Origin: Eledone cirrhosa
Taxonomy: Eukaryota
Reading direction: 5' to 3'
Assembly: GCA_964016885.1 (NCBI GenBank)
Contig: OZ024740.1
Coordinates: 14,322,001-14,386,000 of the forward strand
Length of the DNA: 64,000 nt
Part shown: piece by piece, positions 62,211-64,000 of the stretch
Numbering within the stretch: the first letter of the stretch is position 1
How the letters are laid out: each line of letters opens with the position of its first letter
Translations under genes and position numbers: made by a program
Notes under the pieces: model-generated
What the model was told of the DNA's origin: nothing
Database searches by the model: none
What the model saw: only the letters and a program-made list of their open reading frames with translations

Positions 62211-63822
62211 CGTGTGTTAGTTGTGCAACTTCGCTCGTGTTGGTGATGTGGGGTTGCATTGCCTCGATGTAGTTCGGCATGCTATCTATTGACATCCTAC
62301 CAGACTTATCTGTGGGTAGACATACTACCTCACCATCCCTTGTGCGCTGCTTGAGGCTAACCAAGCCTTCTACAGGTTTTATCCCAAGTTGTTGGGCCTC
62401 TGGTCTGCTCTGTCTCATAGTGTACCTGTCTACTACTTGTCTAATCTTATTTCTAGCTATGGTGAACTGTGCCTCCGTCTCGTCATCTATTTGTTGTGGT
62501 ATGCAAACTCTTTTATTAAAGGGTAACCTCGTAGGATAGATATTACCCATCTTATATGTTTTGTCAGCTGGGTTGAAAAATAGTTTCTCTAAGGGGTTGT
62601 CGTTATTTCTATCGTCATAGTTGTGTGTGTTGCTATTATTGTTATCATGGTGGTTGTTGTTGTTTCTATCCTTAGCATTAATATTATTATTGTTATGATT
62701 GCTAGATGTATTGTTGTTTACTTCACCGTTATTGTTGTTGTTGTTACTGCTATTTCTACCATTGTGGTTGTTACTATTATTATGTTTCTTGTTTTTGTTG
62801 ATGTTGCTACATGTACTATTTCCATTATTACCACTGTGGTTATTGTTGTTGTTGTTGTTCGTATTGTTACCGTTATTACTACTGTGGTCACTGTTGCTGT
62901 GTCTGTGGTTAACGTTTCTATTATTATTATTATTGTGGTTGTTGTTGTTCTGTCTATCGCTAGTATTATTACCATTATCACTATTTCTCACTTTCCTGCC
63001 ATTGTTATGGTTATGGCTGTTATTTCTATACCCAGAGTTATTGTTTATATTACTACTACCGTTATTATTGTTGTTGTTGTTTACCTTTGCATTCCAACGT
63101 ATTTTTGTGAAACACTTTTCCAGCTCCGTTTTGCATTCCATAGGATTAATCTTTTTGTAGATGGCAAATTTTGGTGGTAACTTTAGGATTTGTTGTTCTT
63201 GTTCACTGATTAAAGTGTTCCCATAGATATTTACTGTGTGGTCATTGGTAAATTCTTCCGGTAGTTTTACATCACTCATACGGATGTTGTCGATGTTATC
63301 TGGGTATTTTTGAGAATATTCGATTTTCCTTTCTTGTAGTTTTTTCTTATTCATCCATTCTAATTTCTTCTTGAAATGCCTACAGCATTCGTTTTGAGCA
63401 TATTTCGTTTCGCGTCGGATGACGCTCATGAAGTCATCTCTCTCGTTTGCTGTGATGAGATTTCGGATTTCCTTACCGTTGATGCGTTTTTGTCTGTAGA
63501 GTGCGTTGACTTTTGTGTATGTTGTTCTTTTCATATTAACTGTTATTGTGTGTTTTAGCCGTTCAGCTTGTGTTTTGTTCAATAATAAATTATTTACTTG
63601 TTTTGATATGTTTGTTGTGTATGTTTTGGAGGAAACACAGTGTTTTAAGAAGCGGATTTGTTCTGTTGTTATTGTAGTTTTTATATAACAGAAAACAGTG
63701 TCTTTCAATAACCTTTCAGCTTGGCACAAGCTAATGCCATAGCGGCGATGAATTAGTTTTGCGAGGTTTTTTATATGAAATCGTGTGTCGAAACAGATAT
63801 TGTTATATTTGGGGAGGGTCAT
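62164..63822 (-). CDS. PLE ORF N-terminal part with Asn-rich insert; joined to the RT part across a 1-nt frameshift near 62205
   Basis: ATG lies inside the pLTR; PLE N-terminal motifs ILKLPPKFAI and PTDKSGR; overlaps the RT ORF in the +1 frame. Confidence 0.85.
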   Translation of the reverse strand: MTLPKYNNICFDTRFHIKNLAKLIHRRYGISLCQAERLLKDTVFCYIKTTITTEQIRFLKHCVSSKTYTTNISKQVNNLLLNKTQAERLKHTITVNMKRTTYTKVNALYRQKRINGKEIRNLITANERDDFMSVIRRETKYAQNECCRHFKKKLEWMNKKKLQERKIEYSQKYPDNIDNIRMSDVKLPEEFTNDHTVNIYGNTLISEQEQQILKLPPKFAIYKKINPMECKTELEKCFTKIRWNAKVNNNNNNNGSSNINNNSGYRNNSHNHNNGRKVRNSDNGNNTSDRQNNNNHNNNNNRNVNHRHSNSDHSSNNGNNTNNNNNNNHSGNNGNSTCSNINKNKKHNNSNNHNGRNSSNNNNNNGEVNNNTSSNHNNNNINAKDRNNNNHHDNNNSNTHNYDDRNNDNPLEKLFFNPADKTYKMGNIYPTRLPFNKRVCIPQQIDDETEAQFTIARNKIRQVVDRYTMRQSRPEAQQLGIKPVEGLVSLKQRTRDGEVVCLPTDKSGRMSIDSMPNYIEAMQPHITNTSEVAQLTHDGRGKNPQRSHDDVD

Positions 63823-64000
63823 ATTTGCGTAATATTGCCAGAATTAATAACAGAACACACTCACTGTTTGGTTGGTTTTCGCTTCTCGCTGTCTTTTATA
63901 TATATATATCTGCGATCTAACTTACTCGGTCCTCAATGTTGCCATTGACTGGCCGGCGGTCAAAAATAATACAGATACAATATAGACAAACACATATATA

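Larger units (their letters stand above)
59657..64000 (-). mobile_element. Penelope-like element 3, near full length, with direct pLTRs; continues past the window
   Basis: 59657-59855 is identical to 63802-64000; the complete RT-GIY-YIG coding region lies between. Confidence 0.93.

Noticed and set aside
63850-63930. Splice-donor-like GTAAGT and GTGAGT in the PLE3 pLTR (Penelope-type intron)
   Set aside because: No convincing acceptor was found, so it cannot be called without transcript data.

Overview
Repeat-dense eukaryotic DNA. The (TA)n/(TATG)n-saturated spacers and the SINE resemble cephalopod (octopus-like) genomes, which is my recollection and not a database result. Bases 1-~39,330 are one strand-asymmetric CA-rich satellite built from two monomers (22 nt CATCCTATATTACACCACACAA, 19 nt CAYCCAACAAACCACACAA). 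It has kb-scale higher-order duplications and grows older from left to right; all long His/Thr/Gln-rich ORFs there are artefacts. Bases ~39.4-64 kb are a patchwork of pieces mostly bounded by (TA)n. They include three Penelope-like retroelements (PLEs) with RT + C-terminal GIY-YIG (all disrupted), a fourth 5'-truncated PLE missed by the ORF track, isolated pseudo-LTR (pLTR) fragments, fold-back palindromes, a tRNA-derived SINE and RTE-like 5' fragments. Folding by eye gives about 11 hammerhead ribozyme (HHR) motifs from about 8 unrelated sequence families on both strands, plus one degenerate HDV-like candidate. A 2.5-kb TA-flanked cassette carries a mini-intron-containing SGNH/GDSL hydrolase gene convergent with an unknown 120-aa ORF. 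No ordinary host gene, rRNA, tRNA or CRISPR array is supported.
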